Source: Bugula neritina (Eukaryota > Animalia > Bryozoa). Taken from it: a stretch of DNA of 64,000 nt. The notes under the pieces are model-generated. The model was not told where the DNA came from, ran no database searches, and was given only the letters and a program-made list of their open reading frames with translations. Positions 1-13,524 of this stretch are shown here, piece by piece. Made by a program: the position numbers and the translations under genes. How positions within the stretch are numbered: the stretch's first letter is position 1; each line of letters opens with the position of its first letter. The stretch is taken from the NCBI GenBank assembly GCA_964035545.1, contig OZ037772.1, positions 5,646,233 to 5,710,232 on the forward strand, read 5' to 3'.

Positions 1-379
1 AAGTGATTAAATTTTTTTTTCAGAGACTAAAGCCACTAATATAGCGTTATAATTTTCCTGATTATAATGTTTAGGGTGGATTCTTTATGCACTGTGTCCT
101 GTTTGATTTACAGCTCCAAACACTTCACAGATGATACGAGAAAAAGTTTATATTTAATTCAATATACAAGTATTAATAAAAATACATTCAAATCCTATAA
201 CACATTCACATGTCTACTATCTATCTCCACATACTATTCTCAACTGTTCTATATAAAACTGTCCGGAAGCATTCTGCTTCAAAGGGGGGGGGGGGGGTGG
301 CGGCGGCGGGTGATCACGTGCTTTCATTTGATTGGCTTTAATGCACGTGTATAAGTAGTACGCTTCGTTGGCCACTACC

Positions 380-1460
380 ATAGTTTGAGTGCAGGTAAAT
401 TAGCCTTTTTATCTCCAGTTTATTATTTAATTCGTTATTAAGTGATATTGTAAGCTGGAATTAAAGCTTTCACTAAAAAGCTCTCGCTACAAAAGATATG
501 GCAGCTGATATTTTTACAAACCTAAACTACTCTTCATTTGGCAAAAAAGCAAACAATTTCTATCTACAAAGTATTGACATACAGAAATATTATTCTTTTT
601 CAGTAAGTTATCTTTATATAGAATTTGAATGTTATATAATAAAAGCAGAGATGAAGCCAAAACAGTGTTTGCTGCACACAAGAAACAAGTTCCAGATAAA
701 GTTTTGTCAACCATCACATTCCGTTCACCAAAACTCTTTAAACATTTCTACAAACTCAAATTGATTTCCATGCAGCAACAACAATCAAACTGACATGCTA
801 TATATCAAGTTCTGCAGATCATAATATTATATAAACTTTAATGCTTTGATATAACTTTTTGCGTACCTCTTAAGTAACCAATTCCATCTCTACTAGTAAA
901 CATTGTACAAAGCATATTATCTCTACTAGCAATTGAAGTTGTATCCTGTGAAGAGTTACCTTTTTATATTATTGTAGGCAGAGCTGTTTAAGATGTGAGA
1001 TAGGAAGATCTTTAGTCTGAGTAGTTATAGAAATTTATTAGGAACCATGTTTTGTCTTTAATAGTCTTAACACTCTATTACATGCTACATGAGTTAGCCT
1101 ACAATATTCATGTACTTTCACTCAACATATACAAGCAACACTTTATGTAGCTGTATGGTCACTTGTTATAAATAAGACTAAACTAAATTAGAAATGATAA
1201 ATATCCTTGAGAGAGCTTTACTAGTAAATAAGTCATATTTTCTTGTATTGATGGAAAGAAAACAACATCATTCAATAGTTGGCAAATAATTGGGTTCTAT
1301 GTACAATAAGATCTATGAATGCTAATAATTAACCTATAAAAGAAATCCACTATTCTGATTGGACACACAAAAAGTGTGTTAATTAATAACTCCGCCTTAA
1401 TTGGATATTCCAGTTTCCTGCAATTAGGTAATGGGTTGTTTATAAAAGTTCAATTATTAA
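380..1460 (+). repeat. Conserved intergenic/upstream block of the TRIM tandem unit (copy 1 of 4)
   Basis: Aligns by eye with 13525-14385, 48500-49500 and partly 34340-34620 (shared strings such as aaagctttcactaaaaag, gttttgtcaaccatcacatt, caacatatacaagcaacactt). The distal end has ATTGG (reverse CCAAT, ~1358) and CTCCGCC (~1390). Confidence 0.8.
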
Positions 1461-1558
1461 GACTTGGCTTTGTAGCTTTCACGCTGTCGATTTAGGGTAT
1501 ACGCACACTTACACTCTTTTTTCCTTGATTTTTACAATAATTGTGCTCATAATTATAG

Positions 1559-1684
1559 AGAAGTTACTAACTAAGACATCTACTGAAAAAAACAACATAC
1601 CTCATCTAGATTGGCTCTACTCTATAGTAGTTCCAGCAAGCTCTTGTATAAAAGGGACAAGTTAAATTTCATCAGCTGAAGTGA
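1559..1684 (+). pseudogene. Orphan, frameshifted terminal exon of a deleted TRIM-like copy (copy 0)
   Basis: ttatag acceptor, then AAGTTACTAACT...GGACAAGTTAAATTTCATCAGCTGAAGTGA, homologous to exon 8 of copy A (12098-12225) and C (47483-47598). It is followed by a homologous 3'UTR-like sequence. No upstream exons are present, and the frame is shifted relative to the paralogs. Confidence 0.8.
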
Positions 1685-2795
1685 AAGTGAACTAATAGAC
1701 TGGATACTCTAAAAATGGTCAGTAATTTTTGTTGCAATATTTCCCCTTTTATGTATTTATAGTATCACTTTGCATATGGTGTTATATTGAATTGCGTCAT
1801 GTTATATATTATGTTATATTGCATTGTATTTTATTGTACTGTGTTATATTTGTGATCTATAGCCTATTGTATTATTGTGTCACATTCTAAACTGTATTAT
1901 ATTTTACTGATTTTGTATGTAATAAATGGTAGTAAACCAGTAGTGTACGAACTACCAGTTATCTCCAGTTGTTTATTTATCAACTGATAGTCAAATTATA
2001 AAGCAGCTGTTGACATTGTACATAATATGGTACACTAATGAATCATACTATTATACTAAATAATATACAATGTTATACTACATGTAGGACATTCCATATC
2101 TTCAACATACTAAAAGAGTTGCCTTCTTCCTATAAAATATGGTTATATCATAAGTAGACTTAGGACAGTCTAGTTTACACAATCTCATCGTATTACAAAA
2201 GCTATTGCACCTTTTTTGATTTATCAATTTTACATTTTCATACAAAGCATTTTAATCTGAAAGATTTATTTTACTGCATGTTTTAGTAATTATACATAAT
2301 GTCGTTAAGTTTACATAGTTTAATTACACACAATTTTTAACATGCATATGTATATCTTAGAATTTATTGCTATATGTTTATATTGGATATTCAGAAGAGT
2401 ACTGAATACCAATGTCAAACGTAGACAAATGATCCACTCTTTAAACTTGCGTTACAAACTAAACTTTCAGCCCTCCGCTGTTTTGATGAAAACACAAACT
2501 TTCAACTTTTTGTATATAGTTTTGTAACTTCAGGATGAAAGACTACAGGACAGTGCATGACTTTGTTGGAGTGAAAGACTTGATCATTATTACCTTTTTT
2601 TCAATTTATTGGGGTTCTATGTTTAATATTTCATTGCAAAGTTGTTTTATGTTTACAAGTGTATGAGTATTTGAGCTAATGTTAATGTGTTGTTTTTGGA
2701 AATATATATAATTACTCATTCACAAGGAGGCTGGCCTCATAATTGTTACCTTAGATTATGTTATATATGTTGATGCTGGGTAACTGTAATCCAAT

Positions 2796-2866
2796 GGTCC
2801 CTGTGGTGTAATGGTTAGCACACTTGCTTGCGAGCAGAAGATCTCTGATGCGAATCCCAGTGGGAG
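2796..2866 (+). mobile_element. Degenerate tRNA-derived (SINE-like) head; duplicate at ~4546-4615
   Basis: A-box-like TGGTGTAATGG and a degenerate B-box (gatgcgaatccc); no intact cloverleaf. Confidence 0.5.
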
Positions 2867-5761
2867 AAAAGTGTTATCGGACTAGCTTCATTTTACATAA
2901 AATAATTTTATTTACATGTCAAGTTTACTCAGGTTCCTCCCCCCAGCCCTATATACAATCACATACTTACCAGTAGTTATTTGCATTTTCTATAATTCTT
3001 GTTTGACAGAGCTGCAGCAATATTTGACATGCAGCCTTATAATTGTTTATGTATTAAAAACATTAAATTATTCTCTACTCAAAACAATATGTTATAAACT
3101 GTTGAAATATACATACTTATTTAAAGATATGAATACTTAAGACCCTAGCTTCACGTTTGGGGATTGAGAGATGCAGCAGAAAGTATGTGACCTTCACAGT
3201 TCACAGGTTTATCGCTAAGTTGCATGCATCTTATCACAGTCATAAATGTCAGATGACTCTTATCACACTTGGTAAACATTACGCAGGGCTTTAAAGCAGA
3301 TAAGGCTAAATAAGGGAGAAATAAAATTCCTTCGAATTAAAATTTTTGGCAAGTCAAATGTCAAGAATGATGAGAGTAGAATAGGGTCAGGTGGCCCAGT
3401 GTGCCCCATGCGCATGACCAACTTGAAAAACAAATGTATATGGTAGCTGAATGAAAATTGCTTTTAAACTTGCTATTATACTAGTTAATTAAGGCAGATA
3501 CAAGTGATGATGACAATATCTATATTAAAATAAACTTGGCTTGTTATCTTTGAGTTTAAAAATCTAAATGCTTGGATGACATCTTGGAAAGTTACAACAA
3601 GTCCTTAAAACAAAAATGGACTCACTTACTTAAAATGTAAGTTCACCAAGTGCTAAAAAACAATGGCTGAAAAATTATGAATTTTTTGTTATTGAAGACA
3701 AAAACACAACTTTAAGTAAACAATTTCTCTTGAGGTTCCACTGACTTTTTTTACCCCTATGACCACTGTGCCTGGTTACCCTTACTTTCTAAATTCACAT
3801 TTGTGCCTCTTAGAATTTATGCTCTTGTATTAATTATGCATTTCTATATATTTATGTATGTTATTTTTAAGCTTCATGTGTAAAGGTGAATAAAGTAAAC
3901 AATCACCATGGTAACCAAACATCCAAGCATCTTGTTGTATCAACTCCTTGAGGAGTTACTAACTGATGATGTTTGAGAATATCATTACAACAAATTGTCC
4001 TACAAATTCAACAGTCTGGCATTCTTGGTTGTTGTTTCAAATGCAAATACCTAGCTTACAGTATATAGCTTAATAACACGAAGATAAAAAATGTCAGTCG
4101 AAATGTAATGAGTAATCTCTGTTATAATTATGTTTTATATAATTTTACAATCATTATATTTTGAATAAGCTTTTTGTTTCAATGAATTAGGCATAATGGC
4201 TTCATTAATGCTGGCAAACAACAACTGAACCCTTGTATGTTTACTCAGCTTTAAAAGCAATCTCAACACACTAACCCTTTGTATGACAATGTTATCACCA
4301 ACTTCAGTGTATTTTGCAGCTATCATAAATACCAGGTGCTCTTTTATCACACTTGGTAAACACTATACATGGCTTTAAAGCAGATAAGGCTTAGTTATTT
4401 TATCTTTCCACATGTATGAGTATTTGAGCTAATGTTAGTGAGTTGTTTTTGGAAATATATATTACTCATTCACAGGAGGCTGGACTCATAATTGTTGCCT
4501 TAGATTATGTTATATATGTTGATGTTGGTTAACTGTAGTCCAATGGTCTCTGTGGTGTAATGGCTAGCACACTTACTTGCAGGCCGGAGGTCTCAGATGT
4601 GAATCCCAGTAGTAGAAAAGTATTATCAGACTAACGTCACTTTGCATAAAATAATTCTATATGTCAAGGTAACTCAGGTTCCCTGAGCCCTATATACAAT
4701 CACATACTTACCAGTAACTTGCATTTTCTATAATCTTTGTTTGACAGAGCTGCAGCAATATTTGACGTGAAGCCTTATAATTGTTTATATATTAAAAACA
4801 TTAAATTCTCTACTCAAAACAATATGTTATAAGCTGTTGAAATATACATACTTATTTAAAGATATGAATACTTAAGACCCTAGCTTCACGTTTGGGAATT
4901 GAGAGATGCAGCAGAAAGTATGTGACCTTCACAATTCACAGGTTTATCACCAAGTTGCATGCATTTTTTAACAGTCATGAATACCAGAAGACTCTTATCA
5001 CACTTGGTGAACATTAGACATGGCTTTAAAGCAGATAAGGCTAAGAAGGGGAGCAATAAAATCTCTTAAATAAAATGGGAGTGCATATTGTTCCCCACAA
5101 GGCCAACTTAAACACAAATGCATAGTTCAATGAAAATTTATTTTTGAACTTCCTATTATACTATAGTTGATTAAAGCAGTTACAAGCAATAACAACAATA
5201 TCTCTAAATTGTAACAAAACTAGGTTTGTCACTTTTGAGTATAAAAAGTCAAAACCTGGGATGACATCTTGAAAATATTGCAACAAGTATCGTTAAAACA
5301 GATATGGACTCGCTTATTTAAAATTTAAGTTCTATAAGTGTTGAAATACAATGATTGAAAAATTATATTATGTCATTCTTTTTTATTGAAGAAAAAGCAC
5401 ATCTTTAAGTCAATAAGTTCTTTTGCATTTCTACTGACTTTTTGTACACCTATGGCCACTGTACCTGGTTACCATTACTTTCTAAATTCACATTTGTGCC
5501 TTTTAGAGTTTATGCTCTTGCAATAATTATGCATTTCTATATATTTCTGTATGTTATTTTTAAGCTTCACGTGTGAAGGTGAATGAATGGTTGATACAAC
5601 AAAGTAAAAAATCACCATGGTAACCAAACATCAAGCATCTCGTTGTATCAGTTCCTTGAGGAGTTACTATCCGATAATATTTGAGAATATCATTACAACA
5701 AGTAGTGTTACAAATTCAACAGCCTGGCATTCTTGGTTCTTGTTGTAAACTGTGCAAATAT

Positions 5762-6067
5762 TGTGGTGGCTCGTGGAGCTACCAGCAGCACAACATGTGG
5801 GGTCGCGTAATTGACCCGGAACAATTGATAGCCAATTAGCGTGTTTAATAGTTAGCAGCAAGTATAGTTTCCCGCTGCTAACTCAGTCGAAGTTAGAGTG
5901 CTGAATAGACTAGATGTGTAACTTGTCAGATGTATTTGTATCGTTTTTGTAATGTATGGTTGTGTGTAAAATATATACTCGTTCACTCGACTTAACCTGG
6001 TGCAGTTCTATCGAATTAATTAGACTCTCTGGATAGCATATCAACCCTAAATCTGAAAAATATAACA
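5762..6067 (+). mobile_element. Solo LTR (306 bp) of the Gypsy family found at 34660-41636
   Basis: TG...CA ends, ATAT 4-bp TSD (5758-5761 / 6068-6071), colinear with the LTR at 41332-41636, and absent from the paralogous site in duplication unit 1 (~4050). Confidence 0.92.
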
Positions 6068-7211
6068 ATATATACTTAACTTACAATATATAGCTTTATA
6101 ACACCAAGATGAAAAATGTCAAGAAATGTAATGAGTAATCTCTGTTATAATTATACTTTAGCCTATATAATTTACGATCATTATATTTTGAATAAGCTTT
6201 TTGTTACAATAAAGTAGGCATAATGGCTTCATTAATGCTGAAAAACAGCAGCTGAACCCTTGTATGTTTACTCAGCTTTAAAAGCAATCTCAACACACTA
6301 ACCCTTTGCATGGCAATGTTATCACCAACTTAAGTGTATTTTGCAGCTATCATAAATACCAGGTGCTCTTTTATCACACTTGGTAAACACTAGACATAGC
6401 TTTAAAGCAGATAAGGTTAAGAAGGGGAACAATAAAATTCCCTCATCAACTATTTCAAGGTTTCACTGAAGAGCAGTTTCCACTTGAACCACCAGTTCCA
6501 CTTTCGAGTTCATAGAGGAAACTTGTAGGGAACATTTACCTTCAAATTGAACAGTCATTTATACTCACTCAACTCAAATTTAATCAACTAACTAGAGTCA
6601 CTGAGTGATTGCTAAGTGCTGGTAAGTTTTACATTTCTAGTTGAAGCAACTGCATGGTATTGTTAATCTTTACGTGCAAAAGTTTCACAGTTAATATCTT
6701 GTGAATTTGACTTGAGAAGATTATCAATCACTACTAAAAAGCTAGCACCACTGTTGCAGTTTTGCTATAGCTACTACAGGTGTGAGTTATAGTTTGTGTT
6801 TTAATGCACTGCTAGAACATAACTCTTATAGTTGGGTTTGTGAGCAAGAACCAAGTGTCAGTTATGGTTGAATATGCATTTAAAACACTAATTATAAAAA
6901 GAACTATATACATCAAAGTGAAAAGTACAAGAGAAAGATTCATGCAGTATTGAGCTTTGTAACAAGTCTGAAGGTAGAGTGAGTCTGAAAAGTTAAAAAG
7001 CTAAAGAGATAAAACAATACCTCACCATGCATGCAACCAACAATTTGGTTGGGAACATGAACTATACTTGTCATGGAATCTTATGTTCGATAAGTTAAAC
7101 CATAGCAGAAACTTGTTTATTTTCAACTTCATCACTGTGATAACTTTTATGATGAGTATGCCAATATCAATATATGATTGTGTCAACTCTTTTTAATATT
7201 TGTAGAACAAA

Positions 7212-10200
7212 ATGGCTTCTAAACCACAACAAATGGTGAGATGTACTATTTGTTTATCTAAACTCAATATAGAGGAATGTAAGGCACTGCCTTGTACTCA
7301 CCCACACTGTGACAAGTGTTTGAATGAATTCTATGGAAGGCTGAATGCTCTTAAATGTGGAATATGTCGGTGGGTGAATAATATAATAACATAATAATAT
7401 GTTACATAATATTCTATATTTCATAATATAATGTTCATAGTAACATAAATATCGTAGGTAGGTAGGTGAATAATATAATAATATATAATATAATATGTTA
7501 CATAATATTATGTAGGTATTTTATAATAATGTAAATTATAATATAAATAACATGATGGTATTTACTATATGTGTTTATGCTATATGTAGTATACCTGTAT
7601 TGCTATATCAGGTTATATAACAGATAGTGTTACACTGTAAACTTTTATATATAATTATTATACTTTATATACTATATAGCCTATAGTCAATAATCTATCA
7701 ACAATAAATCGATCATTTATGTTACAGACAAGTGTTCAATTCAACACCTGATAAGTTGCCAACAGCAGACCAAATGAATCAGATAGACAAGTCTATACTC
7801 TGTGAAGTCTGTACAAAGTCAGGAGTGAATAACACACCTGCTCTGATGTATTGTCTAGTTTGTTCCAAACTGTACTGTGCTAAACATGTCATTGTAAGTT
7901 AACACTATTTTTTGTGTTTTCTGTGTATATATCCCTATATGTGATATTTTGAAACTGAAAGCTTGAGATTTTGGTGATACTTTGCAGAGAAATAATTTAA
8001 TGGCTTTGCAACAAAGTATTTACAATATTTGATTTGGTTCATCAATCGAAATCATTCATTTAGTTTCACTTGTTTTCACTCATTTGCTTACATGAATTGG
8101 TTTTGTGTCTTTACCTCCTAACATTTATCGATCAGCATGCTGTAGTTTATTATACATTAGATAAAAGTTATGATCAAGGAGACATAACTCTCAAGATTGA
8201 TTTCTTACATCCATGCTTTTATTGTAATAGATTGTACAATATATCTTTAAATATTTTTAAATTGTATACTATTGCATATATACTTTAGGCATTATATGAT
8301 CATGACATTAGGACCATTATAATGTATATTATATGCAATCTTAGATGTAATATCGTTAGTAAGCCACAAACTCTTTTGTATATATTTGTCTTAGGACCAT
8401 GACAATCTGGCCGAAGAACATTCTAGAATAAATATGACAGAGTATATAGCTCGCGCTGCTAAGTTAGAGAGGAGAATGTGTGAGACACATGCAGACGTAG
8501 AGTATATTTTGGGTTGTAAAGTCTGTCTCAAACTATTCTGTACTAAGTGTGTACCTACAGCTGGGGTATGTGATGATGGTAAGTGTCTATTCTTCTGTTT
8601 ACTTGCTATATATATTACATGATTCAGGTACACAACAGCTTATACATTACTTTGTATATATTACTTTAGGTACATCACAGCATATACTCTTGACGTTGAA
8701 AGATTTAACAATGCAGCTGGTGGAAGTCACAAAGTTGAAGACAAGAGAAGACAATTTATCTGGTTATTACAAACAGATAGCTGCAAACATTGATGAGTTT
8801 AGAACTGAAACCAAGAAGCTACTGGGGATGCTATGGAAACAGCGTGATGATCAGGTGATTATTACATAGTTTTTAAATTTGATAATTATAAAGATCATAT
8901 AGAAACTGTAAAAGTTTGTTTATAGCTTTTCTATAATCATCTGAGATAAGTTAATTTTTTGGTATAGATGCAAGATGGTTATACGCTCAGACACTCCTCA
9001 AACTATTCTAACTTGTCTAACATTCAATGTGACTGTATTTAGATAGCAGCTATTCAACAGAAGTATGACAAACTGGAGAAAGAACTGGTGGAGAAGAGAG
9101 AAAAGACTGAGAGTCAAGCAGTGAACTTCATGGTAGAGGAAGTGGGGGCTAGATACTGTGAGCTGTATAATCACAGAACAGGAATAGAGGCTAAGTTAGA
9201 CCAAAGTCATGAGGTTAGTTGCAGAGCATATATAGTAGATGTTTGGATCTGTAGCATTTTTATATATTTCAATGTTTTTATATAAATTCTATATTCATTG
9301 TTGCTCTATATCTGTAAATAACATCTAAAGAGTACATAAGTAGAAAATGAATCAGGTAATAACCAATAGAGGCAGTAATGGAACTGTACTATAACATATC
9401 ATGCTGTATAACACAGGACTGTCCAACATTTATGCTACCCTCAAAGGCATAAACATAAAAAATGTTGCTCGATCAGATATATAAATTAGAGTGGAAAAAA
9501 TACTTTTTAAATACATGTATCTTTGTATGCATGCTAAAACATTCAGCCTGTAGTAGTTAATGGGACTTTATTGTGTAATGATTTATAAGAATTTGGAATG
9601 AAGTAATTAATAAAATACTGACACTGTGGTCACAGCTCAAGTTAAGTTTTACAGAGTGGCCTCCAGTCACCAGAGTATTCCATTTTATTTGCTGTCGGTC
9701 TGCAAGGTACCCAGTATACTAACACTATATGACACTGTATTATAATACCGTAGGATACTGTATAATACAATAATACCATAGTACTTTTAATATCATAGCA
9801 TACTGTATAGTACTAAAGGACACTACGCAACACTATATGATACTGTATAATACTATAAAAAACTGTATAGTATTGTAGGATACTGCAGTATAGTACTATA
9901 TGATACTGTATAATACTAGAAGATGCTGTATAATGCTATATTAGGATACTGTATTTAATAGCATAGCCCACCATACATTAGCGTCAGCTTTGAAATCTGT
10001 GCTCCCTTAAGGTACAGTTTATTAGAATAAACCTTACCCATTTATAGTTGGCAGTAGTCTGTTTCCCTAATACGGCATTGCAATCTCGATCAATCAGTCT
10101 TTTGCATTTCACTGCTGTTTTTTAGATGGTTTTGTTGGTGTCAAATATAGAATTGTTGTTGATTTTATTGTTCATACTAAACACTGCCATTCTTTATAAC

Positions 10201-12225
10201 TATAACTATAACTATATACCTTCCAAACACCTGCTACACGGTGTTACATTTTCTGTATATATAATATCGTTAGGTTGACATCATCAAGTCACATCGTGAT
10301 ATGAAGAAGGAGATTGATAGACTGTTGACAGAAGAGATTCCTAAGTTGGCATATTTTGATCTTGTAACATCTGTGGAGGTCAAAGGTCAGTTTTATAGAT
10401 GTTCTATCCATGCATAATAACTTAAAACAACATGTTGAATAGAAGTATAAATGTTGTTCACTTTTATGACACTTTTTATCTAACTGTATTCAAGTAACAT
10501 AATCAAGTAAGTATATTTTGACTTTTGAATTTGAGGTATATATGTATGTAAGCTATAGCTATGTTTCAAACTGTTACATTTTCATCATCTGGTATTTCAC
10601 TCTATTGATCTGTGTTATAAAAATACATTATAAAAAATATTTTAAATTAACATGATGAAGGCACTATTATTTTCAAAAACTAAGTTTGTATTATCGCCAC
10701 ACTACACCCCTACAATATCTTATTAAACTAAGTTATAAGGTAAATAATGGTAGTGGGAATCTTTAGTATGTATTTTACACTGAGAGGGAAAGTGGCCTAC
10801 ATCTCTCTCAAATCTGTCAGTTTCTCTCAACTACATTTCAGATTTACACACTTGTGCAATAGCTAATACAAGTTAATTGGTGAACATAACCTAATTTAAT
10901 ATAGTAATATATCACTAAATAGAATATCATTAGAACTGATTTTAATATTTTGTTGACATGAACACAGCTGCTGATTTTTTCTGCAGTAAATTTTTTTCAA
11001 TAGTTGATTCCCATAAAAATAATCTGGTCTAAAAGTCAAAATTATAATATTAATTGTTTAAATGGAAATTGCATGATCATTGCAGTGTTGCTATAGCACT
11101 GCTGTTTGTGTAGTGATGTGTAAATATATACCTGTATGTGTACATATCTGCTAGTTTTTCTGATTTATCAGCTGTTTTATATTATATTACCTTGGCATGC
11201 ATGTCAATATTTTATTACAGAAGAGAAAAGAGATACAGAGATTGAATTGACCAATGAAAAGAGAGCAAGTATAACTCCTGAACGAGGACTAGTTGTCTCA
11301 CCTCCACCACCCAAGTCTGTAGAACTGATAAACTCTGTTGAAGTTTCTCAATGCTGCGAGTCCGTCCACACCTATAGAGGTATCACATATGCTGGGTGTT
11401 ATGGAGGTGTACACAGGATAGATGAGAACAACAAAGTTACTAAATCATTCATCTCTATTGGAGGTAGCAATGTGATGAGTATCTCAGTACATAATGATAA
11501 AATATATACTCTGTCTACTGGCTCTGCTGTAAGAGTTTATGACCTTGAAGGGAGGTCCATTACCAGCTGGACTCAGGCAGATAATAAATCAAAGTGGCTA
11601 AATCAACTTGCCATCATAAACAATCAGATAGCTATTCCTGACAAGCTAAATAAAACTCTAGTATTTTACTCTCTGAATGGGGAGGTAGTAAACACTCTAC
11701 CCTGTCCTCTACTCACTGATACTGATGTACGTCTGTCTGCTGCAGATAACAACTCAATTATTATATCTCAGCGTCACTCATCTCTAGTATACAAAGTAGA
11801 CACCTCATCAGGTAACATCATCTGGCAGTGTAAGGAAGTGGCTAAACCTCGTGGAGTGACCTGCTATAGAGATGAGTTTGTACTTGTGGCTGATTATACT
11901 GAACTTACCTCGTTCTGTGTACTATCATTACATACAGGTTAGTTACTGTGTAGAATACATATAGTGTATGATATATATGTATTATAATTTGATGAAATGA
12001 GTTCATTCATATTTATAGTTATTTGCTACAAATAAACTGCACTCTCTTTATATTTTCTTTGATTCTTAAAAAAAACACTGTTTTTTTCTCTTCACAGGCA
12101 AGTTACTAACCAGGCTATCTACAGTTGAAAACAGTTTCATATACAATCTACACATCACTGGCTCTACTCTAGTAGTTCCAGTATACTCTTCTAATGGACA
12201 AGTTAAGTTCTATCAGCTCAAGTGA
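7212..12225 (+). CDS. TRIM-like E3 ligase copy A (RING, B-box1, B-box2, coiled coil, NHL-like beta-propeller), intact, 606 aa. Exons 7212-7369, 7728-7893, 8395-8578, 8670-8854, 9043-9213, 10274-10385, 11221-11937, 12098-12225
   Basis: All introns are GT-AG with compatible phases, giving a 1821-nt stop-free CDS. C3HC4 RING CTIC...CTHPHCDKC...CGIC; B-boxes CEVC...CLVC..YCAKH and CETH...CKVC..FCTKC; heptad-rich helix; propeller blades (VRVYDLEG, LVFYSLNG, KPRGV). A probable non-coding first exon ends at 6621 (g|gtaagt). Confidence 0.9.
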
Positions 12226-13524
12226 AGTGAGCTAATAGACTGGGATACTCTAATAAAGGTCAGTAAATGTTGTTGTGAGGTACTGAGTGCCTTTCTAATT
12301 CATCTTGCTAATGCTGCTTAGTATTGAATAGTTTTACATTGCATATTGTTGTATAAAATTGTGTGTTGCATTGCTTTTTATTGCATAGAAATATTATTAT
12401 GACTCTCTATAGTATTATAATAATATTGTTGGTTAACTAGTAGTGTGCACATTATTACCAGTTATCTCCCCTGATTAGTTATCAATCAATAGTTAAATTA
12501 TAATGCAACTGTTTACAATGCATATGATGTATACTAGTGTCTCATAGTAATATATATTATTATAACATGGCAGATATTGTATATACTAGACATCTCTGTT
12601 ATGCTTTGTAGAACACAAAATGTTGAGTAATACATAAGGAGTTACCTTCCCAGTACATCTCTGCTTCAATGAGTCAACTAAGTTAGTTCACTTCACTATA
12701 GACGTCTGTATGCTTAACTTCCTGCTTTACAGTGGACTACTAGACAGGCTATATAACCACTAAATTTTACAAGCACTATTTTTAATTCATTATTATCACT
12801 CAAGTTCTTGTACTGGTGCATTGTATACCGGAAAATCCAGGTTATTGTGCGTTATATCAATTATGCACAATGTATTTCTGTAATTAATCTGTAAACTTTA
12901 TAGGCTATAAAAGTTTTTATTGGTGGTGGCTACATATATATTATGTACTTTAAATTTGCAAAGTTTTCTTGAAATTTCCTATTGTTTTTTATCCTGACTA
13001 TATGAACTTTTGTTATTTGCAATTATCCAGCCAAATTAATTGTGTCTATGTTTGCTGTCTTAGAAATTACTAATGTATCAGATTTGTTATTAATATGAAC
13101 AGATTGCTGTGTTGGAGATTGAGATGTGACATGCTGTGAATCTGTTTTCAGTTATTATATGGAGTTATTATCAGTATAACAAGAAATAGCACATTATTCC
13201 CTTACAATAAGCAGTTCCTATATTTGATAAGATAATATTACTTTTTATTTAGCAGTTAATTCTTGATCTAATAAAGAGAAACCCAAATTTTTATCTAGTT
13301 TTATATTGAATACTCTGTAATAATTTTGTTATCACCTTCTATAAAATATCACACATCTATTAGACATGTTACGAATAGGAATTGGTCAGTAGTTCATAGA
13401 CAATTAATTTACATTTAGTATAAACTGTTTTTAGTACTCTGGAAAAATTCCTCTCTATAAAACAATGTGAAAAATATCTTAATACAAATGACTAGCTTTT
13501 TTTGCCACTAATAATTTGAATGCA

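Larger units (their letters stand above)
2660..6420 (+). repeat. Direct tandem duplication of ~1.75 kb (unit 1 ~2660-4392; unit 2 ~4414-6420, enlarged by a solo LTR)
   Basis: Both units start gtatgagtatttgagctaatgtta and end ...atcacacttggtaaacact...gctttaaagcagataagg, and are colinear throughout. Confidence 0.9.

Noticed and set aside
255-380. Promoter-like cluster (CCGGAAG, G-run, two CACGTG, ATTGG) and the 95-aa ORF at 67-354
   Set aside because: No associated gene can be identified within the window and the ORF has no recognisable features; it cannot be supported without flanking sequence.
2796-2866. Functional tRNA genes (also at 4546, 19494, 19735, 27578, 27808, 50060)
   Set aside because: T-arms, B-boxes and acceptor stems are degenerate or embedded in repeats; better explained as SINE-type heads.
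6440-6545. ISRE/IRF-like sites upstream of copy A
   Set aside because: TTTC half-sites are present but the spacing does not match GAAANNGAAA; too weak in AT-rich DNA.
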